A DNA stretch of 64,000 nt, taken from the NCBI GenBank assembly GCA_902573735.1, contig CACGLH010000006.1:13282-77281 (forward strand). The letters are read 5' to 3'. The notes below the pieces were generated by a model. It did not search any database, was not told the origin of the DNA, and worked only from the letters and a program-made list of their open reading frames with translations. A program made the position numbers and the translations under genes. Positions 52,944 to 62,488 of the stretch are shown here, piece after piece (position 1 is the stretch's first letter; every line of letters starts with the position of its first letter). This DNA is from an uncultured Alphaproteobacteria bacterium. GTDB lineage: Bacteria; Pseudomonadota; Alphaproteobacteria; Rhodobacterales; Rhodobacteraceae.

Positions 52944-54269
52944 TTGCTTAAAATCTTAGTATATGGTTTTCCCTCTCTACCATTAGCGTCTTTATATTTT
53001 AGTATATACGTCCTATTGGGGGAATTTTATTTTGATAATTATGGTCTTTCACTTTCGATAATTGGTTCAACTTTTATTATTATAAGATTGATTGATGCAT
53101 TTTCTGACCCAATTATGGGTTATATTAGTGATAATTTTATTTCAAAGTACGGAAAAAGAAAACCTTGGGTAATAATAGGTGGTACAATATTTGTTTTTTC
53201 AACTTGGTTTCTATTCGTCCCTATATTTAAATCAGTAGGCTTTAATTACTTCTTTTTTTGGTTATTGATGGCCACAATTGGTTGGACTGTTGCTTATGCT
53301 CCATATTATGCAATGGGGGCTGAGTTAAGTATGGATTATTTGGAAAGAAGTAATGTTACTTTTTGCAGAGAATTGTTTACCATCTTAGGTATAATTATTG
53401 CGTCTTTATTGTATTCAATAAGTTTTGATTTTGAATATAATATTTTCATAAATGGAATAAGTTCCAAAGAGGGTTTAATACAGATATGTATTTTTTCTTC
53501 TCTTGTTTTTTTATTTTCAATGATCCTCTTTTTGTTTCTACACAAAGACAAAAATGAACTTTCAGATAATATAAATAATAATTTTAATATTTTTGAAATC
53601 TTTTCTTCCTTACAAAAACAGAAACTAATGCGAAAGTTACTTTTTTCTCATTTTATCAACGGCCTTGCTAATGGACTACCACCTGCTTTATTTGTTTTCT
53701 TTGTAAACTCAATATTAAATAGTCCTGAAGTAACTGGTTTTTTATTATTTTTATATTTTTTGGGTGCTTTAATGGGAGTTCCCTTGTGGGTTTTTTTAAG
53801 CCGCAAGTACGACAAACATAGGGTTTGGTGTTGTGCAATGATATATGCCTGTTTTATATTTATGTTTGTCCTATTTTTAGAAGAGGGAGATTTAACATTA
53901 TTTATTGTTATTTGTATTTTTAGTGGTTTGGCCTTAAGTGCAGACTTGGCTATTCCAAGTTCGATCCAAGCTGATATTATTGATTTAGAATTTTTAAAAA
54001 CTGGTAAAAGATTAACTGCTCAATTCTTTGCTTTCTGGGGTGTCGTTTCAAAAGCGGCTGTTGCTTTATCAACAGGAATTGCTCTAATTTTACTTGATAT
54101 TGTAGGATTCAAGTCTGGTGATAATAATTCAACATTTGTATTATTTTGGCTTTCTTTTATTTATGGAGGATTACCTATTATTTTAAAAATAGTTTCAATT
54201 TATTTAATGTGGGATTTCAAACTAGACAGAAAAGCTCATGCGGAAATTTTATTAAAATTAAAAAATTAA
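52944..54269 (+). CDS. MFS transporter, GPH/MelB-like
   Basis: RLIDA.SDP.MG..SD...GKRKPW, PY.A.GAEL..DY.ER, QAD.ID; ~12 TM. Confidence 0.88.
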   Translation: MLKILVYGFPSLPLASLYFSIYVLLGEFYFDNYGLSLSIIGSTFIIIRLIDAFSDPIMGYISDNFISKYGKRKPWVIIGGTIFVFSTWFLFVPIFKSVGFNYFFFWLLMATIGWTVAYAPYYAMGAELSMDYLERSNVTFCRELFTILGIIIASLLYSISFDFEYNIFINGISSKEGLIQICIFSSLVFLFSMILFLFLHKDKNELSDNINNNFNIFEIFSSLQKQKLMRKLLFSHFINGLANGLPPALFVFFVNSILNSPEVTGFLLFLYFLGALMGVPLWVFLSRKYDKHRVWCCAMIYACFIFMFVLFLEEGDLTLFIVICIFSGLALSADLAIPSSIQADIIDLEFLKTGKRLTAQFFAFWGVVSKAAVALSTGIALILLDIVGFKSGDNNSTFVLFWLSFIYGGLPIILKIVSIYLMWDFKLDRKAHAEILLKLKN

Positions 54270-54302
54270 AGAATTTAAAATTAAGAATTTTTATGAGTAA
54301 AT

Positions 54303-55148
54303 TCAAAAAAAGTTATCCATTATTCTTTTGGGGATGTATGGCCAAATTTTTTGGCTGTAATCGTTCGTTGGATTATATCTAATTTTGGGGTTTTTAGCTT
54401 CAAGGCTTTTTATTATTACATTTGCTAATTTTTCCATTGGTAACGAATTTTGATCAAATTGCTCAAGAGAGTTCAAAATTCTTTTGAATGGAACTGAATA
54501 TTTGGTTTTACCAAACTTATTTTGTTCTTTTTGTTTTTTTACTGTTTGCCAAATTGGTGTAGAAATAGAACCAGGCGCTACTATTATTACCTTTATTCCA
54601 AAAGGTTTTAATTCTCTCCTAAGAGATTCTGAAAATGCTTCAACGGCATGCTTACTCGCACAATAACCACTCATAAAAGGAGAGCCAATCTTACCTCCTA
54701 AAATACTACTTATATTAACTATTCTACCAGGTTCACCAAGTAAATTATGATCAGTCCCCAACAACGGTAAAAATATCTTCGTACAGAGAAATGTACCTAA
54801 TATTTTTGTATCCATCTGTTTCTTAAAATCACTAGTTGGTAAATATTCAACAGGACCTAAAGTAGCAATTCCTGCATTGTTTATCAATGCAGATAGCGTT
54901 TTATTTCCTAAATGATGTTTTACTTTTTCTTTAGCCTTTAAAACTTGGTTTTCATTGGTCACATCCATTATAAGAGCATTAAAATTTTGACCAAATTCCT
55001 TTTCTAACTCCAATGCATCTTTTTTATTTCTAACAGTCCCAAAAACATTATAGCCTTTTTCAACAAATGATTTACATAAACCTCTTCCTATTCCGCTTGA
55101 GGTTCCAGTAATAACAACAGTACCAGAAAATTTAATCAGACTTTCCAT
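54303..55148 (-). CDS. Short-chain dehydrogenase/reductase
   Basis: TGTSSGIG, NNAG, NISS, YCASK catalytic motif, PG.I.T. Confidence 0.92.
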   Translation of the reverse strand: MESLIKFSGTVVITGTSSGIGRGLCKSFVEKGYNVFGTVRNKKDALELEKEFGQNFNALIMDVTNENQVLKAKEKVKHHLGNKTLSALINNAGIATLGPVEYLPTSDFKKQMDTKILGTFLCTKIFLPLLGTDHNLLGEPGRIVNISSILGGKIGSPFMSGYCASKHAVEAFSESLRRELKPFGIKVIIVAPGSISTPIWQTVKKQKEQNKFGKTKYSVPFKRILNSLEQFDQNSLPMEKLANVIIKSLEAKNPKIRYNPTNDYSQKIWPYIPKRIMDNFF

Positions 55149-55810
55149 AATGAATGCATGTTACCAACACTTTGTTTAAGTAGGAATTCAGCTTGCGAAC
55201 CACCAGCATAAAATCTACTTCCTAACCATTCTCCATCCTTGCCATAAAGTAATTCTAGGTCGAGGTCTCCACTTATTTTCCAGAGAGTCGCTGGAATTTC
55301 GCCATCAACACTTTTAGCCATATCAGGACCTATTTTATTAGCATTAACAGATAAAGGATCTCCGTCTTGGGTACTGATCCAGATTTTTCTTTTTAGAAAA
55401 TCAGGTGAAAAATAACTAGTTGTTGCAGGATTACCTTTTACTAACCCAGAAAATTTAGACCCCTCAATTTGAAAACCCTTATTTTTTCTTTCTCCTTTTA
55501 CAAATTCAGTTTTTTTACCAATGATAGTTTTTGATTTAATTTTAGTTAAAACTCCAGCTTCCCAAATTTCTTCATTTTTAAGATTATACGAAAAGGCATC
55601 AAAGTTTAAAACTTTTACTGAAATTTTGACTTCAATATTTGCAGTAATTTTTTTTCCTGATCTTTTGAGTTTAATATTAGAAAAACCAACATCTAAACCA
55701 CGCCATATTAAAGAAAAATAAGTGGATGCATTTTCAGCCATTGATACAACGGGATAAAGTCCTGTAAAAATAAAAGAACTAGCTCCAGTTATAAAATTTC
55801 TTTTTTTCAT
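55136..55810 (-). CDS. DUF6134-like exported protein
   Basis: Tat-like leader KKRNF..A.A, G..VG, Y.....E.W..G.L, TSY, L.Y...G.W; family call from recalled motif pattern. Confidence 0.6.
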   Translation of the reverse strand: MKKRNFITGASSFIFTGLYPVVSMAENASTYFSLIWRGLDVGFSNIKLKRSGKKITANIEVKISVKVLNFDAFSYNLKNEEIWEAGVLTKIKSKTIIGKKTEFVKGERKNKGFQIEGSKFSGLVKGNPATTSYFSPDFLKRKIWISTQDGDPLSVNANKIGPDMAKSVDGEIPATLWKISGDLDLELLYGKDGEWLGSRFYAGGSQAEFLLKQSVGNMHSLWKV

Positions 55811-55972
55811 TATGATATGGTTAATTGCTATTTTAAGGGATTTTATATATTAGTCTTAAATTAATTGAACTATCATTATTTAACATTATTGTACAGAAAG
55901 ATCATAATTCTTTAATTAAGAGGTATTTATTTAACTCGTTTAAACAAAAATTTTATTGGTGATGAAAAATAT

Positions 55973-58333
55973 ATGTTTATAGACTCAAAAAATTTTTTAT
56001 TTAATTTCTTTTCTATGTTGAAATTTTCATTTTTTATTTGTCTTTTTAACTTATTAACTTCTAATCTCATTTTTGCTAGCGAGGGTATAAGGTCTGAAGT
56101 TGAATATAACCAGATACTTAATATTTCAAAAGAAATTATAGATAGTGAAGCTTCTTCTGAATATTCCCTTAGAATAGTAAGGTCAAATTTAGTTGAGTTA
56201 CGTACTGAATTACTATCGATCGAAAAAAAACAACTCAATATAATAAATAATATCAATGAACAACTGGATGCAGTTGCTTTACCTTCAATCAACGAAGAAT
56301 TTATTTCTGAACCTCTAAAACAATTCAAAGAGAAATTAAATTCTGATCTGGCAAATGCAAGTTTTCCTTTAGCTTATTCAAGATCATTTAGGGAAAAAGC
56401 AGAACAATTTATCACTTCTATTGACCAGATCTTATTAGGTCGTTTTAAGACAAAGCTTTTGTCAAAAGGACCATCTCCTCTAAATATTTTTTCTTGGAAT
56501 GTTACTTGGTCAGATTTAATCAAAATCAAAAATGAAATAATCACACAATTAGATTTTTCAAATATAGCTACAATTTTTGGAAAGAATGTTGCTTTTTTTA
56601 ATCCATTTATACTGATGATAGTCGGTTTATTATTTATTTATTCAAGGTTTTTTTTCAAAAAAAAATTAAAACTATACATTAATCAATCATCTTCTCTCAT
56701 CTCTTCAAATATTTTTTTAGCGCTTGAAAATATAAACCATGTTTTATTCCCTATTTTAGGTTTATTTATATTTTTTGAAGGATTAGAACAGTTACCTTTT
56801 TTTGGTCTTTATCATAATTTATTTATTAGTCATGCATTTATGATAACTTCAATTTTTATTATTTCAAATTGGTTAGTGTTAAGTCTGGCATCAAGGAGTG
56901 TTAGAATTGGCCAGTTTTTTGATTTCAAAGAAACACAGGAGCGATATCTTATAAAGTTAGTAAATAAACTGGCAGTTTTATTTGCAGCCATATTATTCAT
57001 TGATATGTTAAATCTTGGGTTTGTCTTGAGTCAAAAATCAATTGCTAATCTTTATTTTCCTTTAATAATTATGATTTCTATTATTCTATTTTCGTTAAAT
57101 AGAAAAATTACAGATTCTGGTAATTATCAAATTGCTGGCAAAAACTATGGATTTATTATAGTTTTTTTAAACAAATCAATTTTTATACTTACAATATTAA
57201 TACCTTTTTTATCAGTTCTAGGTTTTTTAGAAGCGACATTATATTTAATAAAGTCAATCATCCTTACATTTGGTATCTTAGGAAGCGCTTATGTTTTATT
57301 TAAAGTTTTGGATACTTTTACACAGAGTTTGATAGCTTATTTCTTATCTAAAGAAATTAATTTGGAATTAGAACCTAGGCAGAAATTAAGTTCAAGTATT
57401 TTGTCACTGTTTTTTCTTATAGGATCTTCCCTTTTACTCCTTTTAGTATGGGGTTTTAGTGTAAATAACTTACAAGATTTATGGTTTAAGATTAATGAAG
57501 GTATTCCTTTTGGAAACAGTAATATTACTCCTTCAAGTTTAGTAAAGTTTCTTATAATTTTTTTTATTGGCTACTATTTAACTAAATTATTAAAAAAAAT
57601 AATTAATGAAAAAGTACTTCCATCAACTAAATTAGATACTGGAGGCAAAAACGCTTTATTATCTGGTTTAGGATATATTGGGATTTTTATTGCAGCTTTA
57701 ATTGCTTTGTCCTCTACTGGACTTGATTTATCTAGTTTAGCTATATTGGCGGGTGCTTTATCTGTAGGATTGGGCTTTGGTATGCAAACTATTGTTTCTA
57801 ATTTTGTTTCTGGAATAATAATGCTTATTGAGAGGCCTATTAAAGAGGGAGACTGGATTGAGGTTTCAGGTTTTTCAGGAACGGTTAAAAAAATATCAGT
57901 AAGGTCAACACATATCCAAACATTTAATAAGGCTACTGCTATAATTCCTAATTCAGATATTATATCTAGTTCTGTTGTAAATTGGATGCATGACGAAGTT
58001 GATGGAAGAGTTTCTGTTCCAATAGAGGTTGCTTACGATAGTGATGTAGAGTTAGTTAAAAAAATATTATTAGAAACTGCAAATAGTCATGCAAAAGTAA
58101 TGTCAGAACCCGAGCCGGTTGTTCTATTAAGGGGGTTTGGAGAAAGCGCTATTAAGTTTGAGTTAAGAGCTTTCGTGAACGAAAAATTTAGCTTATTTAT
58201 TCAATCAGATTTAAATTTTGAGGTGCTAAAAAAATTTTCTGATCAAGGAATCGAAATTCCATTTCCAAAAAGGGATATAAATTTGTCATTAAATAAAAAT
58301 GATTTAAAAATTTTAAAAGGAAACGAAAAATGA
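55973..58333 (+). CDS. MscS-family mechanosensitive channel with large periplasmic N-terminus (DUF3772-like)
   Basis: AGALSVGLGFG.Q.IV.NFVSGII.L.ERPIK.GDWI, I.VRST, IPNS, V.Y.SD, I.IPFP.RD. Confidence 0.92.
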   Translation: MFIDSKNFLFNFFSMLKFSFFICLFNLLTSNLIFASEGIRSEVEYNQILNISKEIIDSEASSEYSLRIVRSNLVELRTELLSIEKKQLNIINNINEQLDAVALPSINEEFISEPLKQFKEKLNSDLANASFPLAYSRSFREKAEQFITSIDQILLGRFKTKLLSKGPSPLNIFSWNVTWSDLIKIKNEIITQLDFSNIATIFGKNVAFFNPFILMIVGLLFIYSRFFFKKKLKLYINQSSSLISSNIFLALENINHVLFPILGLFIFFEGLEQLPFFGLYHNLFISHAFMITSIFIISNWLVLSLASRSVRIGQFFDFKETQERYLIKLVNKLAVLFAAILFIDMLNLGFVLSQKSIANLYFPLIIMISIILFSLNRKITDSGNYQIAGKNYGFIIVFLNKSIFILTILIPFLSVLGFLEATLYLIKSIILTFGILGSAYVLFKVLDTFTQSLIAYFLSKEINLELEPRQKLSSSILSLFFLIGSSLLLLLVWGFSVNNLQDLWFKINEGIPFGNSNITPSSLVKFLIIFFIGYYLTKLLKKIINEKVLPSTKLDTGGKNALLSGLGYIGIFIAALIALSSTGLDLSSLAILAGALSVGLGFGMQTIVSNFVSGIIMLIERPIKEGDWIEVSGFSGTVKKISVRSTHIQTFNKATAIIPNSDIISSSVVNWMHDEVDGRVSVPIEVAYDSDVELVKKILLETANSHAKVMSEPEPVVLLRGFGESAIKFELRAFVNEKFSLFIQSDLNFEVLKKFSDQGIEIPFPKRDINLSLNKNDLKILKGNEK

Positions 58334-59049
58334 TAACCCATAATTTATTTTGGGAAGATCCTTATAAAAAGCAAGCTAGTTCTTGTTTGGAAACTATTAT
58401 TCAAGAAGAAGGCCTAATTTTTGAAAAATCACTTTTTTATCCTACAAGTGGAGGCCAACCATGTGACCTTGGTATGATAGAGTTTGAAAATTGCTCCTTG
58501 AAGGTAGTTAATGTTAAAAAAACTTCAACAGGTAAAGCCTTAATTGTCCCCAATTTTATTCCTGATAATTTAAAACTAGGTGAACCAGCTAAACAAATTA
58601 TTGACTGGGATCTTAGATATAAGCATATGAGAATGCATACTGCTTTACATCTACTTTCAGTCGTAATACCCCTTCCTGTTACTGGTGGGCAAATAGGAAG
58701 TACTAAAAGTCGGTTAGATTTTAATATGCCCGATGCTATTAGTGATAAACAAATAATTGAAGATAAACTGAATAGCCTAATTGCTAATGATTTATTTACT
58801 GAACAATTGTGGATCACAGAGGAAGAATTAAATACAAAACCCGAACTGGTCAAAACAATGTCTGTTTCTCCTCCTAAAGGTAGCGGTGATATACGACTGA
58901 TTTGTATTAGATCTGAGAAAGATCAGGTCGACTTGCAACCTTGTGGTGGAACTCATATTAAAAATACGAGTGAAATAGGAAAAATTGTAATAGGGAAAAT
59001 TGAGAAAAAAGGTAAAAACAACCGCCGTGTAAATATTCATATTGATTGA
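58330..59049 (+). CDS. Alanyl-tRNA editing protein AlaX
   Basis: [16 protein letters not shown] and CGGTH Zn ligands, GK.NRR. Confidence 0.93.
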   Translation: MITHNLFWEDPYKKQASSCLETIIQEEGLIFEKSLFYPTSGGQPCDLGMIEFENCSLKVVNVKKTSTGKALIVPNFIPDNLKLGEPAKQIIDWDLRYKHMRMHTALHLLSVVIPLPVTGGQIGSTKSRLDFNMPDAISDKQIIEDKLNSLIANDLFTEQLWITEEELNTKPELVKTMSVSPPKGSGDIRLICIRSEKDQVDLQPCGGTHIKNTSEIGKIVIGKIEKKGKNNRRVNIHID

Positions 59050-59100
59050 TAAATATGTTCACTAGACAATATTAAAAAATTTTTTAATAATAACCAAACT

Positions 59101-59190
59101 GGAGAGGTGGCCGAGTGGTCGAAGGCGCACGCCTGGAAAGTGTGTAGGCGGGTAACCGTCTCCAGGGTTCGAATCCCTGTCTCTCCGCCA
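59101..59190 (+). tRNA. tRNA-Ser(GGA)
   Basis: GGAGAGGTGGCCGAGTGG...CACGC-CTGGAAA-GTGTG, long variable arm, GGTTCGAATCC, CTCTCCGCCA; 90 nt. Confidence 0.98.
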
Positions 59191-59390
59191 CTTAACTTAT
59201 TTAAACCATTTTTTAATATGTATTAAATTTTTTATAATAATTTCTATCCACAATACTACCCACAATGAAATAACGCATCACATTAGATTTCAAAACTATA
59301 AACTTTGTGCTGTTTTGTCCCTCTTTAAGAGCAACACTAGAATGGGCATTTGAAATTGAAATATTAACATCTGCTACTTTATCGTTTTTT

Positions 59391-61805
59391 TTATAAGTCA
59401 AAAAATACAGTGTTAAGGTCACTAAGGGATTGCAGATCTACATTTTCTAATTCTATGAGTGAATTGCCCCATTTTATTGTACTTGAATTCTGAATTGTTA
59501 TAGAATTTGGCTCACCTGATTGTATGTAAAACTTTATTTGATCTCCATCGCTCTTATTATAATCCTTTATGGTATCGTTGGCCGATCCTGTAGCAAATTC
59601 AAAAATATCTGCTCCAGTTCCCCCAGTTAAGGTATCATCCCCTAAACCTCCAAAAAGGATGTCATTTCCTTCACCACCATCTAAAATATCATTTCCTGAT
59701 GATGACCAAATGACGTCGTTTCCACTTCCACCATCGATTGTCATATTGTCAGTAAGATTGGTATCAGGAGAAGTAAGATCAACTACATCATCTCCCTCAC
59801 CTGCATTTATTATTTCAATTTAAGTAACTCTACTCGTAAAGTTTTTACCATAAGAATCTTTAGTCAATGATAGCTTGTGATGAAATCTGGCAAACGTATC
59901 GTGCAAGAAGAAAGCGTCTGATCCTGATGAAAGATTTATGGTATCAATGTCATTTCCACCATCTATTACATCTTGGAATTTATTTTTTCCAGTAATTGGA
60001 ATTTTATAAAATATTTTTTTTTCGGAATTTATGTTCCAAGCCTCTCTATCTTGTCCCCAAATACTGTCGACTGTTAAGTTTATTGTGTCGCTCCCTGCCT
60101 CACCGTTAACAACATCGGCTCCTAAGCCTGGTCCAATAATATCATTTCCATCTTTAGCTGAAATAATATCAGAACCTATATCAGCCGTGATGACATCGGC
60201 TTCAGGTGTTCCCAATAGATTTTGCCCTATAGCAAGTACATAATTTTGTTCAGCTCTTACCCCGGCTTTGTCAGTGGCGGATAGTTTAATAGTGTTAGAA
60301 ATTTCAGTAGATGTATCGGGCTGGCCTTGTAGCAGGCCAATATTGGGATCAAACGATAACCAGTCCGGCAGGTCAGTTGAAGCAAGGATTAAAACATCCT
60401 GAAGATCAATATCGGAAGCTTCGAGAGTGTACGTATAATTGTCTCCAGCCATCACATCGGTAACAGCTTCTGATTTTATGGTCGGGGCATCATTGGTATT
60501 GGAGACGGTGATGGTAAAGCTTTGGTTAACAAAAGCCCCTGCCGCATCGGTTGCTTTTATAACGACATTATGGGATCCGACATGAGCATTGGTGGGTGTA
60601 CCTGTCAGAGTTTTATTACTGGCATTAAAAGAAAGCCAGGAGGGTAGTGTGGTTGCACTTAAGGTTAAGGTATCGCCAGCATCAGAATCTGAAGCGGAGA
60701 CGGTATAAGAATAGGCACTATCTTCGGTAGCAGAGGTAATGGGGCTTGAGGAAATGCTCGGAGTATCATTGATATTGGAGACGGTGATGGTAAAGCTTTG
60801 GTTAACAAAAGCCCCTGCCGCATCGGTTGCTTTTATAACGACATTATGGGATCCGACATGAGCATTGGTGGGTGTACCTGTCAGAGTTTTATTACTGGCA
60901 TTAAAAGAAAGCCAGGAGGGTAGTGTGGTTGCACTTAAGGTTAAGGTATCGCCAGCATCAGAATCTGAAGCGGAGACGGTATAAGAATAGGCACTATCTT
61001 CGGTAGCAGAGGTAACGGGGCTTGAGGAAATGCTTGGAGGTTGGTTGTCATCAATACTGCTTGTTATTAAGCCTACTTGATATTGATTACTGATCTCAAA
61101 ATTACCCGCATTATCATAAAATGCTGCAGCAAATGATAATTGTTTCCCAACATGGCTATCAGTTATAGTGATTGAATTTTCATTAGTTAGCTCAGCATAT
61201 ACCCCATCCCAGTACCAAGCTATCGGAATAACCGCTGGCACTCCATTACTGTCAATTACACTTAAAGAAACAGTTATGGTCGATCCAGGATTTAAAGTTC
61301 CTGAGTAAGTTGCATTTAGAAAAGTAGCTGAAAAATTTGTTGTTTGTAGTTCAGCTGTTTTTTCGTAACCAATAGAATATTCAGCAGTATTGAAGGTGGA
61401 TCCCTTAACATATGCCCATACATCTGTTGTTTCTTGTATTGTAAAATCAACGTCTAAAAATGTATTGTAGCTAACTACTTCTCCTACACCATAGAACAGT
61501 TGATTTGTAGTAATACCAAACTCTGATACTGTACCAGAACTAAAGGTATCAAAATCCCAGTTATATTCATCAACATCAAGCTTGTATATTCCTGGAGTTA
61601 GAGAACCTAGACTGTAAAAATCGATATCTGCACTTGTCAGATAATAATTTTGCACAGGAACAGTTGCACCGTAGCCTACATTTAAAATTCCTGGTGCTAA
61701 ATAATAGTTTGATGTAATTGTATATTCTGGCTCAGAAGGAGCATCATAGTCTCCTACACTAGTAAAGACGCCTAGTCTTTCAGAGCTGGAAAAAAAATAA
61801 GCCAT
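59391..61805 (-). pseudogene. RTX / Ig-like (cadherin/He_PIG) repeat secreted protein interrupted by one in-frame TAA at 59820-59822
   Basis: ORFs 59820-61805 and 59391-59744 share a frame; sequence reads ..SRVT*IEIINAGEGDDVVDLTSPD..MTIDGGSGND; GGxGxD Ca-binding repeats, LPSWLSF...LTGTP Ig-like domains, D.I.DY...D.I type I secretion-like tail. Confidence 0.8.
60497..61034. repeat. Tandem duplication, 276-bp period (92-aa Ig-like domain)
   Basis: 60497-60758 vs 60773-61034 identical by eye except 60740 T vs 61016 C; a third diverged domain follows in the protein. Confidence 0.93.
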
Positions 61806-61940
61806 AATTTAACTCAAATAGAGTAATTATCGTAATCTTTTTTAATTAACTGTCTATAGAAAATATATGTTTATTTATTTTTATTGAATTTTATTTTAAT
61901 CCGAATAAATTTGGAGAGTCGTGGGCAAAACATATCTAGT

Positions 61941-61980
61941 GTTGCATAACTTTGCATAATCATACTTTCCCTGCATAACT
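61941..61980. repeat. Three TGCATAA direct repeats (possible recombinase arm-type sites)
   Basis: gtTGCATAAc ttTGCATAAt ... cTGCATAAc; first two spaced 10 bp, ~60 bp before a tRNA-like fragment. Confidence 0.45.
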
Positions 61981-62038
61981 CTAAATAGCTTGTTTTATTG
62001 AATAACATGGCATACCGCAGCTTTACATCGCTACAGTT

Positions 62039-62066
62039 GTAGGTTCGATTCCTATCGCCCAAACCA
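62039..62066 (+). other. tRNA 3'-half-like fragment (T-arm + acceptor + CCA), not Ser(GGA)
   Basis: GTAGG-TTCGATT-CCTAT-CGCCCAA-A-CCA; no matching 5' half upstream. Confidence 0.6.
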
Positions 62067-62167
62067 CTTTTCACTCAACTAAGTAAGCCACCCCTCGCTT
62101 TAACAACAAAAAAGAATTATTATAAAACCCTATATAAGAGGGATCTTTGAAGTTTACTAAAAACAAC

Positions 62168-62293
62168 ATGGTTGGATTTGCGACGAGGTTCGAGGATCAA
62201 TGGGAAGTTGTTCGATGTGGTGCTAAAACTCGATCTGGATCAAAGTGCCAACGCCCAGGATACAAGGTTGATGAAAAAAATTTTATTTTCTAA
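62168..62293 (+). pseudogene. Truncated HGGxSTG-domain-like gene remnant (41 codons)
   Basis: MVGFATRFEDQWEVVRCGAKTRSGSKCQRPGYKVDEKNFIF*: has CGAKTRSGxxCxxP but lacks the downstream C.xHGGxSTG. Confidence 0.6.
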
Positions 62294-62428
62294 AATATTT
62301 TCTTTTACTTTCCTCTACGTCTTACTTGATGTATACCATGCAAATAACTAGTTACATCTGTAATAATACGAAACCAAATGGGGAAAAAATGAGGGAAAAG
62401 ACGAAAGTCTTCAAAATGAGTTGAATAA

Positions 62429-62441
62429 AATCAATAGGTTA
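62429..62441 (+). promoter_or_regulatory. IHF-binding consensus beside att-like repeat
   Basis: AATCAA-TAGG-TTA matches WATCAANNNNTTR, 8 bp before the tRNA repeat. Confidence 0.5.
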
Positions 62442-62449
62442 TAAGGTTC

Positions 62450-62475
62450 TTCAAATCCCTGTCTTTCCGCCACTT
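62450..62475 (+). repeat. att-like direct repeat of tRNA-Ser 3' end
   Basis: TTCAAATCCCTGTCTTTCCGCCACTT vs TTCGAATCCCTGTCTCTCCGCCACTT (59168-59193): 24/26 identical. Confidence 0.9.
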
Positions 62476-62488
62476 TAATGAAAATTAT

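Larger units (their letters stand above)
59168..62475. mobile_element. Integrase-less genomic islet at tRNA-Ser (~3.3 kb)
   Basis: Bounded by tRNA 3'-end direct repeat (59168-59193 and 62450-62475); non-core cargo; IHF-like site beside distal repeat; no integrase ORF. Confidence 0.8.

Noticed and set aside
54295..54320. SDR ends right after a 7-nt homopolymer (possible frameshift or phase variation)
   Set aside because: 281 aa is a full SDR length, such tracts are ubiquitous here, and the convergent MFS gene leaves little room for extension
59213..59422. 69-aa minus-strand ORF after tRNA-Ser as a possible integrase remnant
   Set aside because: No tyrosine-recombinase motifs; overlaps the RTX gene end
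60497..61034. Repeat as CRISPR array or insertion sequence
   Set aside because: In-frame 276-bp coding duplication with no spacers, inverted ends or cas/transposase genes
61871..62074. 67-aa minus-strand ORF in the islet
   Set aside because: Reads through the antisense of the tRNA-like fragment and repeats; no protein features
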